From: an uncultured virus (IMG/VR IMGVR_UViG_3300029951_000019)
Taxonomy: Duplodnaviria; Heunggongvirae; Uroviricota; Caudoviricetes
DNA length: 64,000 bases
Virus record (IMG/VR): IMGVR_UViG_3300029951_000019
Reading direction: 5' to 3' (one strand)
Made by a program: the position numbers and the translations under genes. Shown in pieces: positions 21,419 to 31,453 of the stretch. Positions within the stretch are counted from its first letter, which is position 1, and the number at the start of each line of letters is the position of its first letter. The notes under the pieces are model-generated. The model was not told the origin of the DNA and searched no databases. It saw only the letters and a program-made list of their open reading frames with translations.

Positions 21419-22162
21419 TCAGGTCGGCAGGTCGATGGCGAGGACTTCCGGGTGCCGGTAGGTGACACGGTCCAACTCGATGCGGACCTCGACTTGCTGG
21501 CGGTCCAGGCGGCGCAGCACCAGCAGAGTGCGGCAGAAGTCGGTCATGATCCCGCCGGGCGAGTTCACGCCGGCCCAGTCGAGGATGCGCCGACTCAGGT
21601 CGGGCTCGCGCTCGGTGGTGGTCGTGTACAGGCAGGGCACGTCCACGCCGTTGGGGCTGACATCGATCTCGTGGGCGCAGCGCTCGATCTCGTCGAACCG
21701 CCGGTCGCCTACGGGGCGCTCCTCGAGCCGGAGCCGCTCGTATCGCTCGATCACGATGAGCACGGGCCGGACCCCAGCGCGGACGAGCCGCCTCACCGCC
21801 GCGTTGACATGCTCCGGGGTGAGCATCATCTCCGGTTCGACGTGCAGCCGTTCGGGCATCGGGTCAGGCGGGAAACTGGTGCACAGCAGAACATGGCCCT
21901 GAGTCTCGGCGACGTGGATCGCGATGCGGCGGCCGACGGTGGCTTCGCGGGTTCCGCGCTGCGCGACGATGCCGACACGGCGGCGCTCCTCGAGCCCTAC
22001 GAGGTCGTCGAGGTCAGGCCACGGGGTCTTGAGGTGCGTCACCCGTCCGGACTGCAGATCCTCAAGCCACGGCTCATACCGGTCAGCCACGGAGCCGACG
22101 TGCGGGGCGTCTCCACCGGGTTCTTTCACTTCTTTCACTGCCTTCGAGGAGTTGGGTAACAC
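21419..22162 (-). CDS. Degenerate DnaB-like ATPase-fold protein
   Basis: LKTPWPDLDDLVG resembles the DnaB TG..DLD segment; Walker A is eroded (AQRGTREAT). Confidence 0.5.
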   Translation of the reverse strand: MLPNSSKAVKEVKEPGGDAPHVGSVADRYEPWLEDLQSGRVTHLKTPWPDLDDLVGLEERRRVGIVAQRGTREATVGRRIAIHVAETQGHVLLCTSFPPDPMPERLHVEPEMMLTPEHVNAAVRRLVRAGVRPVLIVIERYERLRLEERPVGDRRFDEIERCAHEIDVSPNGVDVPCLYTTTTEREPDLSRRILDWAGVNSPGGIMTDFCRTLLVLRRLDRQQVEVRIELDRVTYRHPEVLAIDLPT

Positions 22163-22165
22163 GGG

Positions 22166-23527
22166 TCAGCCCTGCGCCATGTCGACGAACCGGCTGTAGT
22201 GGCCCTGGAATGCGGTCGTGATCGTCGAGGTCGGGCCCGACCGGTTCTTGGCGACAATGAAGTCGGCCTCGCCCGCGCGCTCGTGCTCCGGCTCGTAGGA
22301 GTCGGGTCGGTGGAGCAGCAGAATCAGGTCCGAGTCCTGCTCGAGCGCCCCCGACTCGCGAAGGTCCGACGCGACGGGCCGCCTGTCCGTACGCTGCTCC
22401 GGGCCACGGTTCAGCTGCGAGAGCGCGATCACCGGGAGCTTGAGCTCCTTCGCGAGGAGCTTCACCGACCTCGAGATCTCCGAGACTTCCTGCTGCCGCG
22501 ACTCGTACCGCTGGCCGCCGCCGGAGCGCAGCAGCTGCATGTAGTCGATGACGATGAGCTTCAGGTCCTGCTCGGAGGCCATCTGACGGGCCTTCGTGCG
22601 GATCGAGGTGAGCGTCAGGTCCGGCGAGTCGTCGAGGTATAGCGGCGAACTGGTGATCCGCGCGACTGTCCGGCCCATGCGCTCCCGGTCCTCCGGGGTC
22701 AGCGCACCCTTCGTCTGCAGGTGGTGGTGGGCGATCCGCCCCTCGGCGGAGATCAGCCGCTTGAGGATGTCGGTGCAGGACATCTCGAGACTGAAGAACG
22801 CCACACCCATCTGGTGATTGATCGCGGCGCAGCGGGCGACGTCGAGACCGAACGTGCTCTTGCCCTGCCCCGGACGCCCGGCCACGATCACCATCTGTCC
22901 CGGGTGCAGGCCGCCTGTGAGCGCGTCCAGGTCGGCGAACCCGGTCGGCACGCCTGCGGGCCCGATGCCGAGCTGGACGGCTTCGATGTCCTCGAGCGCA
23001 GCGGGGAACAGCGCGCCGATCGGCAGCAGGCCGCTGGCCGACTCGGCGTCGGGCATTCCTGCGGCCTCGAGGATGCGGTCCTGGATCGCCTCGATCGTCC
23101 CGGCAGTGTCGCCCTGCCCGCTGTCGATCTCCTGCAGGCCCTGGTAGAGCGCGACGACGAGGCGGCGCTTGCGGGCCTTCTCCCGGATGATCTGCGCATA
23201 CCACTCGGCGCTGCCGGGAGTGGGGCAGCCGACGATCAGGCCGTGGAGGTAGACCGGGCCGCCGCAGCGCACCAGCTGGCCGGCCTTCTCGAGGTCGTCG
23301 GCGACGGTGATGGGGTCGGCCGGCTCGCCTGCCGCATACAGGTCGATGATCGTGTCGTGGATCGTCTCGTGTGCCGGGCGGTAGTACTCGCCGCCTTTCA
23401 GGCCGGACCCGAGGACCTCCGGGATGGCCTCCTTCGCGCAGAGCATCGCGCCGAGGACCGCGCGCTCGGCGAGGAGGTCTTGAGGCGGGGTGCGCTCGAG
23501 GGTCGGGCTTTCGGTGTGGTCGGTCAT
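22166..23527 (-). CDS. dnaB: Replicative DNA helicase
   Basis: AERAVLGAML, GRPGQGKS, FSLEM, IDYMQL, LSQLNR, DLRESGALEQDSD, KNRSGP. Confidence 0.97.
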   Translation of the reverse strand: MTDHTESPTLERTPPQDLLAERAVLGAMLCAKEAIPEVLGSGLKGGEYYRPAHETIHDTIIDLYAAGEPADPITVADDLEKAGQLVRCGGPVYLHGLIVGCPTPGSAEWYAQIIREKARKRRLVVALYQGLQEIDSGQGDTAGTIEAIQDRILEAAGMPDAESASGLLPIGALFPAALEDIEAVQLGIGPAGVPTGFADLDALTGGLHPGQMVIVAGRPGQGKSTFGLDVARCAAINHQMGVAFFSLEMSCTDILKRLISAEGRIAHHHLQTKGALTPEDRERMGRTVARITSSPLYLDDSPDLTLTSIRTKARQMASEQDLKLIVIDYMQLLRSGGGQRYESRQQEVSEISRSVKLLAKELKLPVIALSQLNRGPEQRTDRRPVASDLRESGALEQDSDLILLLHRPDSYEPEHERAGEADFIVAKNRSGPTSTITTAFQGHYSRFVDMAQG

Positions 23528-24423
23528 GGTCGGGTTCCGTTCTGGCGTCGGGCTCGGGCGCGGCCGGTCTTGTGGCAGATGGAGCAGAAGTCGATGTCGC
23601 CGTTGGGCAGGGTGACCATGTGCGTCACCGGGTCGCAGTCCGGGTTGTTGCAGCGGGGCTCGCCGGGTTCTTCGCTTCGAATGGGCGGGAGTTTGTCGGT
23701 GAGGCGCGTGCGGACGAGTCCGGCCGGGTTGCCGATCTGCATCGGCAGTCCGGCGGTGAGCGCCTGCTCGAGTTGCGATTCGGATGCTCGCTCGAGCCAC
23801 GGGACGACGAGTGGTACGAGCTTGGTGATCTCTTTCTCGCCGAGGGCGAGCCGTGAGTGGCGGCTGATGATCCGGGCGAGCATGTCGTGCGCTGTCTGCT
23901 GTTGCAGCGAAGCGTCTCCCCCGCCCGCCCGCCCAGTTGCCTGCTCCTCCTGCGACCCGCGCGATTCGTGGGAGGTGGGTGGTTGAGGTGTCTGGGGAGT
24001 AGGGGGGGCTTTTTTCGCCCGCCTACTTGGCGGATTACGCCCCCCTACGCCGTCCGTAGGGGGGCTTTTTTCGGTCGACGGGCCCGCTGGCTCATCGCCG
24101 GCCCCGTCTGCGTAGGGGGGCGTTTTACGCCCGTCTACTTCATCGCTCAGATCAAGGAACCGGAACTTGAGGACCTTGCCGTTGTGGCCGCCTTCGTGCT
24201 TCTCGATCACCTTCTCGTTGAGGGGCACGCCGAGGACGCGGCGCATCTCACGGTCGGTCTTGATCATGCACATCTCCATGATTGCGGCGTCGTAGGGGCT
24301 GTTCCAGGTGATCCAGGTCTTCTCGTCCGCGTCGTCAGCGAGCACCATCGCAACCAGCTTTTCCCGATGGGTCAGACCCGCCAGGGCATGCTTCTTGACG
24401 CTCCGGTAGACGTCGTGACCCAT
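23524..24423 (-). CDS. Phage replication initiator (N-terminal wHTH)
   Basis: REKLVAMVLADDA N-terminus; directly upstream of dnaB; internal repeats. Confidence 0.7.
   Translation of the reverse strand: MGHDVYRSVKKHALAGLTHREKLVAMVLADDADEKTWITWNSPYDAAIMEMCMIKTDREMRRVLGVPLNEKVIEKHEGGHNGKVLKFRFLDLSDEVDGRKTPPYADGAGDEPAGPSTEKSPPTDGVGGRNPPSRRAKKAPPTPQTPQPPTSHESRGSQEEQATGRAGGGDASLQQQTAHDMLARIISRHSRLALGEKEITKLVPLVVPWLERASESQLEQALTAGLPMQIGNPAGLVRTRLTDKLPPIRSEEPGEPRCNNPDCDPVTHMVTLPNGDIDFCSICHKTGRARARRQNGTRP
23999..24129. repeat. Iteron-like repeats (probable origin) inside the initiator gene
   Basis: GTAGGGGGG(G)C-N5-6-CG at 23999, 24056 and 24112, and inverted at 24031-24048. Confidence 0.7.
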
Positions 24424-24527
24424 CAGCCCACCGCCGGGCGGCACGCGTCAGAGCAGTACGGGGTCACGCGGATCTCCAACTGGCGCACAGGTACAGGGCG
24501 GTGCTTCTTCTTGCTCGTCGGCAAGGT

Positions 24528-24746
24528 TCAACTTCGTGGTGCTGCGCCGGTCAGTTCATCGACCTGGACTCCGTAGGCCCTGGCGATGCGTGCGGCTCGC
24601 GTGAGGCCGGGCTGCCGCTTGCGGGCCAGGTAGCGGGAGATGGAGCCCGCGTCGATGCCGGTACGTGCAGCGATGGCGTTCTGATCTTCGTCGCCGTGTT
24701 CGGCGGCGAGGTCTCGGAGTCTTTGAACGTTGAAGGTGAAGGGCAT
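24528..24746 (-). CDS. Cro-like XRE HTH protein
   Basis: QNAIAARTGIDAGSISRYLARKRQPG; first gene of the leftward operon. Confidence 0.85.
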   Translation of the reverse strand: MPFTFNVQRLRDLAAEHGDEDQNAIAARTGIDAGSISRYLARKRQPGLTRAARIARAYGVQVDELTGAAPRS

Positions 24747-24766
24747 GAGTCACCTCCCTCCCTGAA

Positions 24767-24947
24767 TGCTAGGGGGCAATTTGCCAATGAGCACATACTA
24801 TCCAAGTCGAATGCTCATAAGCAAATAGTGGCCCGTCGGACGGCTCCCCGATGGCCGGAGGTGGGGTGATGTACTCGACAAGATCGCCCTGACCACTATG
24901 GTTGCTCTCTAGCAACATGCAGACGGGCAGCAGCCCGCTCACTAGCA
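24767..24947. promoter_or_regulatory. Lysis/lysogeny switch operators TGCT-N4-AGCA (five boxes)
   Basis: Boxes at 24767-24778, 24782-24793, 24812-24823, 24903-24914 and 24936-24947 between divergent HTH genes. Confidence 0.7.
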
Positions 24948-24969
24948 TCGAGACGTGGACGGGACGGGC

Positions 24970-25503
24970 ATGGACGGCGCAGCAGCAGCGGAACGCCTCG
25001 CCGCCTATGTCAAGACCGTCGCCCCCCGCGCCAACTACGACATCGCCAGCCCTCGAGGCGACCGCATGCGCCTCGCCAAGGACGCCGGGATGTCCACCAC
25101 CACCTTCAGCCGCATGCTCTCCGGCGACCGAGTCCCCGACGCCCGCAGCCTCGTCGGCCTCGCCCGCGCACTCGGCATCGGGCTCGAGGAGTTCTTCACC
25201 GAGTCCGGCATCGCCGAACCTGTCCGGCCGGCCGAAGCAGTCCCATCGGTCGGCGCGGCCCTGGACGCCGTCGCCGGACGCCTCGGCGTTCCGCCCGAGC
25301 AGCACGAGAACTTCGTCGACCTGGTCGAGAGCGTCGCCACCCTCACCAACAGCCTGAACGCGGACGAGGCCCTGCCGCATATCAAGTCCCTGGTGGCGCT
25401 GCTCAACACGTCCGCCAAGTTCCGGGCGATCCCTGGCGCGATCGTCATCGGTGACCCGGACGCCACGCCGACCGACGAACCGGTCGAGCACGACGCCGAG
25501 TAG
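24970..25503 (+). CDS. CI-like immunity repressor (XRE HTH)
   Basis: LAKDAGMSTTTFSRMLSGDRVPDARSLVGLARALG; divergent from cro. Confidence 0.8.
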   Translation: MDGAAAAERLAAYVKTVAPRANYDIASPRGDRMRLAKDAGMSTTTFSRMLSGDRVPDARSLVGLARALGIGLEEFFTESGIAEPVRPAEAVPSVGAALDAVAGRLGVPPEQHENFVDLVESVATLTNSLNADEALPHIKSLVALLNTSAKFRAIPGAIVIGDPDATPTDEPVEHDAE

Positions 25504-25711
25504 CCGCCCGCGCTGCTCCCGCTCCCCGCGCAGCCCCCGCCGCGACTCGGGTGGGCGGGTGCACGTCGGGCACGGGCTGACAGTTCCTGACAGCAGAGGA
25601 CGCGGGCGTACGATCCTCCAGGCGCGCGCCAGCACAGTGGAGAGACCGGCGCGCGCCCACTGTTTTCCCGATTCCGCCCGTTGGCCGCAGCCCGCGCGAG
25701 ACGATCAGCCC

Positions 25712-26578
25712 ATGACTGAGGATGAGCTGACCGCCGACGAGCAACTCCGCGCCCTGGCCGCACTGGAAGCCGTCACCGCCAACGACGACAATGCGCTGGC
25801 TGTCCTCGCCGCACCGGGTGAACGCCCACTCCCAGAGCTGCTCGCGGTGTACGGCGAGCACAACCTGCAGCGGATCATGCTCGCGGCGTTCGGCATCAAT
25901 GCCGCCACCCGCCCGGACGAGATGAACGAGCTGCTCGCGGAGATGAACTCTGCCCAGCAGTTCCGACTGGTGTTCATCCTGATCAGCACGCTGCGTCAGG
26001 TCGCCGACCAAGCCGGCGGCGACCTCGCCACCGCGAAGATCATCGGGTCGGCGGTCGTCAACGCCATCGGCACTTTCATCGCGGAAGGCGACACCGCAGT
26101 CGAGGTCGTCCTGCAGGCGCTGCGGCAGGAAGTACTCAAGGCCGGGTAGCGCGCCCGACCGGACCTGTCCGACGCGCCCGATAGCGTGTCCGCCATGCGC
26201 CCCGACCGTTTCCTGCAACTCGCCATCACCGCCGCCCGCACCATCCCCGGCGTCACCCGCGCCGACACCGTGCCCATCGAGGAGGACGGGCGTTCCAAGC
26301 GGCCGTACCTGTTCGCGGTCGAGACCGGCGGGAAGACCACCCGCTGGCAGGTCACAGCGGCCTCCGCGCCCGGGGACGTGTACAGCCAGCCGGAGCGGGA
26401 GCCCGTCCTCGGCGACAAGCCCGTACCGCCCGAGACCGGGCCGGCCACGGCGGGCAGCCCCGAGCACGTCGAGAGCGTGGATCCGTACTCGCGCAGGGCG
26501 CAGGCGGGGGCGATCGCGCACGGGGCGACGATCTTGTTTCATGACGGGTCGCGGGTGTTCCTGAACTCCGCGCGGTAG
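25712..26578 (+). other. Two hypothetical genes (25712-26149, 26195-26578), apparently leaderless
   Basis: GACGAT / TAGCGT hexamers 6-7 nt before each ATG. Confidence 0.55.
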
Positions 26579-26586
26579 ACGCGACG

Positions 26587-26617
26587 AAGGCCCCGGCCAT
26601 CCCGGCCGGGGCCTTTT
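26587..26617 (+). terminator. Intrinsic terminator
   Basis: AAGGCCCCGGCC-ATCCC-GGCCGGGGCCTTTT. Confidence 0.8.
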
Positions 26618-26747
26618 GCATGCCGTGCTCCGGTGCGTGCGCAGAACGGTTGGACAGGATCGTCCTACTTTCCTACTCTTAGAAAGTTGGAAATCCGGGT
26701 ACTGTGGTAGTGAACGCAGACAGCGACCACAGACCCAGGAAGCACTC

Positions 26748-27059
26748 ATGCCGACCCGCGACCGCACCAAGCCGCACCGGCTCCGCGCGCGCCTCCGCGC
26801 AAAGGGCCAGGTGACACTACCCGCACCCATCCGGGAAGCCCTACACATCGACACCGGGGACGACATCGCATTCGAGGTCATCGACGGCCAGGTCATACTG
26901 CGAGGCCTCCGCGCCATGCCAGCAGACCAGGCATGGTTCTGGACCCCCGAATGGCAGGCCGGCGAGCAGGAGGCCGACGACGAGATCGCCAACGGCGAGG
27001 GCACCGTCTACAAGAGCGCCGACGCGATGTTCGACGCATTGGAGAACGAGAGCGACTGA
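26748..27059 (+). CDS. AbrB/MazE-type antitoxin
   Basis: KGQVTLPAPIREALHIDTGDDIAFEV plus DQAWFWTPEWQAGEQEAD. Confidence 0.88.
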   Translation: MPTRDRTKPHRLRARLRAKGQVTLPAPIREALHIDTGDDIAFEVIDGQVILRGLRAMPADQAWFWTPEWQAGEQEADDEIANGEGTVYKSADAMFDALENESD

Positions 27060-27062
27060 CCC

Positions 27063-27359
27063 GTGCCAACGTTCGAGAAGCTCCCGCGCTTCCAGAAGGA
27101 CTGGAAGACGCTCGAACCTGACCTGCAGGTCAGGTTCAGGGACAAGGTGAAGAAAGAGTTCGTCCCAGCGATCAACGAAGGCTTCCCGTATCCCGGCGGC
27201 CTGCGCATGAAGGGCATCCAGGGTGCCACCGGCATCTGGGAGATGACCTGGGCACCCAACGGCCGCGCGACGTGGCAGTTCGGCGAGGAGATAACGAAGG
27301 GTGACCCGCACGTCATCTGGCGGCGGATCGGCAACCACGAGATCTTCAACTTGCCGTAG
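27063..27359 (+). CDS. RelE/ParE-superfamily toxin
   Basis: RFQKDWKTL...GIWEMTWAPNGRATWQ...WRRIGNHEIF; directly follows the antitoxin. Confidence 0.8.
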   Translation: MPTFEKLPRFQKDWKTLEPDLQVRFRDKVKKEFVPAINEGFPYPGGLRMKGIQGATGIWEMTWAPNGRATWQFGEEITKGDPHVIWRRIGNHEIFNLP

Positions 27360-27498
27360 AACCCGGCACTGAACGATGCAGCCCGGCCCGCACAAACCGG
27401 GCCGGGCTGCTGTCGCGTCGAGGCTACTGCGGCAGCGCCTGGTCGAGGTATTGCTGCACGACAGGGAACAACCCCGGCCGCAGGCGCATCATGGTGCC

Positions 27499-28059
27499 AT
27501 GACCCTGTACGACCGACTAGCTGCGACCGACGACGGCTCCCGCGCCCTCGCGCAGGGCCGCCTGCGCCGTGAGGCCCTGCGCCGCCTCCACCGAGCACAG
27601 ACCGCGTCCGGGCTCGCGCCCGACGAGATCGCCGCCAGGCTCAGCGTCCGCGCCAAGACCGTACGCCGGGCCTTCGACGGCGACCGGGACATCACCGTCG
27701 GCGCCCTCGCCGAATACCTGCACGCCCTGAGATTCGAGCTGGACCTGCGCCTCGTTCCGGCCGGGGAGCCACGGCGGGCAGTCGTCGAACAGCGGGACGT
27801 GGAGCGGGAGCGGGTCGCAGAGCATCGGGCCGCTGCGCAGCCGACACCCGAGCGCGACGGCTACACCATCGGCGTGTTCATCCCGGCCTGCGCCACCGAG
27901 GAAGAACGCGACCGCATGTACAACCGCATCGCCGAAGCCGCGCACGGTGCCGAAGGAGGCAGCTGGGACGCGCATGTGGTCGGGGAGCCAGGGGATCCAC
28001 TCGCGATCGTCCACGACCCGCGCTGCATCGGATGCTCATACTGCCAAGGCCGACGCTAG
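27499..28059 (+). CDS. HTH-containing protein
   Basis: EIAARLSVRAKTVRRAFDGDRDITVGALAEYLHAL. Confidence 0.65.
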   Translation: MTLYDRLAATDDGSRALAQGRLRREALRRLHRAQTASGLAPDEIAARLSVRAKTVRRAFDGDRDITVGALAEYLHALRFELDLRLVPAGEPRRAVVEQRDVERERVAEHRAAAQPTPERDGYTIGVFIPACATEEERDRMYNRIAEAAHGAEGGSWDAHVVGEPGDPLAIVHDPRCIGCSYCQGRR

Positions 28060-28119
28060 GCGGGAGCAGCATGGCGAAGGCCCCGACCGGGTGACCGGCG
28101 GGGCCCGTCGCATGTCCGC

Positions 28120-28785
28120 CTACAGCTTGGCCAGCGGTGACCGCTGTCCTTTCCCGAGCCCGCGCAGCTGCTCCCAGTCGACCGCCTTACGCCGACGCGG
28201 GATCGCGTCCACGTCGCCGCTCCGGTAGACCGGCACGTCGACGGCCCCGGCTTTGCTGCTGCCGAACTGGACTTTCTGCCAGTCGACGGGCTTGGCCCAG
28301 CCGAGCCGGACGATGTGGTCCCAGTCGGAGCGCCGGATGCCGAGCCGGGCTGCGGACTGGTCGGGGCCGAGCGGGGTTTCCTCGTCCACCAGGCGCCGAA
28401 GGGTGGTGCGGCGGCACAGCCGGTCGAGCTGCCCGGGGTGCACGCACGCCCGGTCCCAGGACAGGGCGACGAGCAGGCCGCGGCCGATGAATCGCCGCAC
28501 GGTGAACGCTTTGACGTGGTCGGGGCCGCCGGGCGGGTTCGGGGTGCCGAGCGCGGCTGCGATGCGGCTGGCGGCCTCGTAGTTGCCGATGGGTCCGTCG
28601 GGCAGTTCGCGCCTGATCTTGGCGGTGTCGATGGCTTCGACGGTCGCGCGCAGCCACCGGCCCTCGGTGGCGTCGGGCGCCGGGATGAGCCGGCGGTGCT
28701 CGGCCCAGCGCCAGTGCGCTTCGGTGATCTTCAGGCGGTTGATCGCCTGGCGTGAGTCGTACTCGGCGAGACGGCCAGCGGCCAT
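28120..28785 (-). CDS. Hypothetical protein with repeated wHTH-like segments
   Basis: GAAGGAG RBS; upstream TTGACA promoter overlapped by a TGACA...TGTCA inverted repeat. Confidence 0.6.
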   Translation of the reverse strand: MAAGRLAEYDSRQAINRLKITEAHWRWAEHRRLIPAPDATEGRWLRATVEAIDTAKIRRELPDGPIGNYEAASRIAAALGTPNPPGGPDHVKAFTVRRFIGRGLLVALSWDRACVHPGQLDRLCRRTTLRRLVDEETPLGPDQSAARLGIRRSDWDHIVRLGWAKPVDWQKVQFGSSKAGAVDVPVYRSGDVDAIPRRRKAVDWEQLRGLGKGQRSPLAKL

Positions 28786-29151
28786 GACGGGACTCCTTCG
28801 GTCGGGGTGCTGCCGAAGGTGACACAAGATCTGAAAGTATGTCAAGACGGTGCAGATGATGATGAATTGGACAGGGCAGCTCTACTGCGGGCGCGCGGGA
28901 CGTGATCAACAGGGCTGCGAAGCGGTCGAAATGCGGCGCGATCCGGTCGGATTCGATCACCATTCGTGAAGCTCACGTGATGACGTGACGGTCCGTCTGA
29001 CCTGCGCATACTGGAAGTAGTTGGGCCGATTCCGGAGAGATTCGGGGACGTCATTCGTTCAAGGGGTGGGGGCGGATTCCGCCTCCGCCGGACAGCCTCA
29101 AGGGGCAGTTCCGGCAACCCCATTGGCGAACGGACCGCCCCGGAGGCGCCC

Positions 29152-30126
29152 GTGAAAGTCACCACCCTGCCCATCCGCCAGATCCGCATCGGCGAACGAG
29201 CCCGCCAAGATCTCGGCGACCTCACCATGCTGGTCGACTCGATCCGTGACCGCGGACTCCTGCAGCCGATCGTCGTGCGCCCGGACGGCGACGGCTACAC
29301 GCTCGTCGCCGGAGGCCGGCGCATCGAAGCGCACCACCTCCTCGGCCACGACCAGATCCCGGCGCACATCGCCGAGTCGCTCGCCGACGAGCTCGAGGCC
29401 CTGCATGCCGAGGACGATGAGAACACCTGCCGGAAGAACTTCACGCCCACCGAGGCGGTCCGTCATGCGGACCGCGTGCGGTCGGTCCTGCAGTCGCAGG
29501 CGAAGGAGCGCATGGCTGCGGCCGGCCGGAAGGCGGCACCCAACCGCCCGGCGGCAACGGAAAGGGTGGGAAACTTGCCCACCCTTTTCCTCGAGCCCGA
29601 GACCGCAGAGGAAGCCCCCGCGGCGTCCGATTCGGAGTCGATCGCCACTCCGAAGACTCGAGTGCGGGATCAGGAGGCCAGGGGCAGCGGCCTCTCCGGT
29701 CGCACGCTCGAGAAGGCCCGGCATGTCGTCCAGGCCGCCAGGGATCCCGAGGCCCCGGCTCCCGTCCGCGCAGCGGCGCTCGAGGCGCAACGCGTCATGG
29801 ACCGCACCGGCAAGATCGACCCCGCCTTCAAGAAGGTCGTCCAGGCCGAGACTGCGGTTCTGACCGCGCCCGTGGCCGAGTATCTCGAGGCCTCCGGCGG
29901 TGCCGACGAGCTCCGACTCCTCAAGTGGCGCGCGGCCTTCCAGAAGGAACTGGCGAAGGGCTTCGGCCTGATGGGGATGTTCCGCCCCGAGCAGGTGGCC
30001 TCGAGTGCCGACGAGGACGGAATGAACGAACTCCGAACCATGGCTGCCAGGTTGACGACCTATGTGGAGCAGATCGATTCCCTGCGGGAGCGTCCCGCCG
30101 GGCTGTCACTGATCGTTGGAGGTTGA
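29152..30126 (+). CDS. ParB/Spo0J-family protein
   Basis: LVDSIRDRGLLQPIVV, LVAGGRR, ENTCRKNFTPTE. Confidence 0.9.
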   Translation: MKVTTLPIRQIRIGERARQDLGDLTMLVDSIRDRGLLQPIVVRPDGDGYTLVAGGRRIEAHHLLGHDQIPAHIAESLADELEALHAEDDENTCRKNFTPTEAVRHADRVRSVLQSQAKERMAAAGRKAAPNRPAATERVGNLPTLFLEPETAEEAPAASDSESIATPKTRVRDQEARGSGLSGRTLEKARHVVQAARDPEAPAPVRAAALEAQRVMDRTGKIDPAFKKVVQAETAVLTAPVAEYLEASGGADELRLLKWRAAFQKELAKGFGLMGMFRPEQVASSADEDGMNELRTMAARLTTYVEQIDSLRERPAGLSLIVGG

Positions 30127-30646
30127 TGTGCGCAAGGTCGGCTGGGCTCCCGAGTGGGTCGCCGAGTACAGCGAGATGATGGAGGAGGTCGTGCTGAGCA
30201 CGCCCGACTCCGCGCTGCGGATCGCGGCGTTCCTCTCGAAGCTCCACGACGCCGTCCAGGCGCAGCGTCCGTGGGCGTTCGACCTCGAGGCCGACATTCG
30301 CCGCCGGGGAGCCGCGGGCGAGGTCTCGAGCTACGCGAAGTCCCGCGTCGCGCCCGCGCTGATCTCCTTCGACGGACGGCTGCTCACCAAGCCCGCGGTC
30401 GCCGGCTTCAAGCGCATCCGGGGCGACGGGCAGAAGTGGATCGCCCAGGAGCTGATCACGGTCGCGCCGTGGGAGGAGCTGCGGGCGAAGCGCTCCGAGC
30501 ACCTGACGCTCGAGAAGACGTACGGCTCGAACGTGGCGCTCTACGACAAGCTGCTCGCTCTCGAGACCATGGCACCCGGCTCTGCGAACCCGGTCCAGGC
30601 GAGCAAGCAGCTGGGCATCGACCTCGAGGAGTACCTCGCGGCCTGA
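30116..30646 (+). CDS. Hypothetical protein coupled to ParB
   Basis: Overlaps the parB stop; good codon bias; start uncertain. Confidence 0.55.
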   Translation: MEVDVRKVGWAPEWVAEYSEMMEEVVLSTPDSALRIAAFLSKLHDAVQAQRPWAFDLEADIRRRGAAGEVSSYAKSRVAPALISFDGRLLTKPAVAGFKRIRGDGQKWIAQELITVAPWEELRAKRSEHLTLEKTYGSNVALYDKLLALETMAPGSANPVQASKQLGIDLEEYLAA

Positions 30647-30657
30647 GGTTGACCGCA

Positions 30658-30698
30658 GCGAAGGACCGCGCCCGCAGGTGACAGGCGCGGTCCTTCTG
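30658..30698. terminator. Bidirectional terminator hairpin
   Basis: GAAGGACCGCGCC / GGCGCGGTCCTTC between convergent genes. Confidence 0.7.
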
Positions 30699-30708
30699 CA
30701 TGTGGAGG

Positions 30709-31008
30709 CTACTCGGCGGGAGGGTCGTCGGCCTTCTTTGGCCCCTTCCCGCCGCGGATGCCCTTGGCGATCTGCTGGGCGCGCGTGAAGTGGATGCCCA
30801 TGGAGTCTCCGATCTCCTGCCAGGTCTTACCCTCGCCTTTCATCCGGCGGACGCGTTCCTGGCGGATCTCGCGGAGCCGGGCGTGATTCTCCGGCCAGTC
30901 CTTCAAGACCTTGGTGATGGCCTGGGCACAGGCGGCATCGTCTTCGATCTCTTCCAGGGCCTTGATGGCGTCCAAGAACCTCACCACCTCCTCGGGCTGC
31001 TGTGTCAC
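30709..31008 (-). CDS. Small HTH repressor divergent from the transfer operon
   Basis: GKTWQEIGDSMGIHFTRAQQIAKG. Confidence 0.75.
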   Translation of the reverse strand: MTQQPEEVVRFLDAIKALEEIEDDAACAQAITKVLKDWPENHARLREIRQERVRRMKGEGKTWQEIGDSMGIHFTRAQQIAKGIRGGKGPKKADDPPAE

Positions 31009-31052
31009 TCCGCGCTCCCTTTCCCTCGCGAGAGCGTGGCCAATACGGATGC

Positions 31053-31091
31053 TAGACCCCCGGTCTTGCGCTCGGCTAGACCGGGGGTCTA
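31053..31091. promoter_or_regulatory. Two TAGACC-N3-GGTCT(A) operator boxes
   Basis: 31053-31066 and 31077-31091; each palindromic and mutually inverted. Confidence 0.7.
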
Positions 31092-31453
31092 AGTTGCTAT
31101 GAGTGGCCACGCGCCACTGATCAACAAATGACCCCGACCGACGCTCGCAACGTCATGTGGTCGGGGTCAGACCACCCTCAAGCCGCTAAGCCACAGAGGA
31201 AGGTCCAAGTGGAGACTACCGATCTGGCCCGCACCTGCACAGATGCCCCACGGGTGACGGATCCGAGCCCGCGCCCAGCCCCGCCGAAGCAGCGCCTCAC
31301 CGCCCGCCCGCTGAGCCACGACCTGCCGACCGCCCCGTACGGCCCGCGCTCGTTCACCCGCGCCGACCTGAACGCGGCGATGGTCGCCGAGGGCCTGCGC
31401 CCGGTCGGGATCGGCGAACCCGCCGCATGGCGCGCATTCAGGGACGACGCCTG

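Noticed and set aside
31128..31208. ATG at 31128 as a gene start
   Set aside because: It lies in an 11-bp hairpin (TGACCCCGACC/GGTCGGGGTCA) that looks like a leader structure; GTG at 31209 has a better RBS
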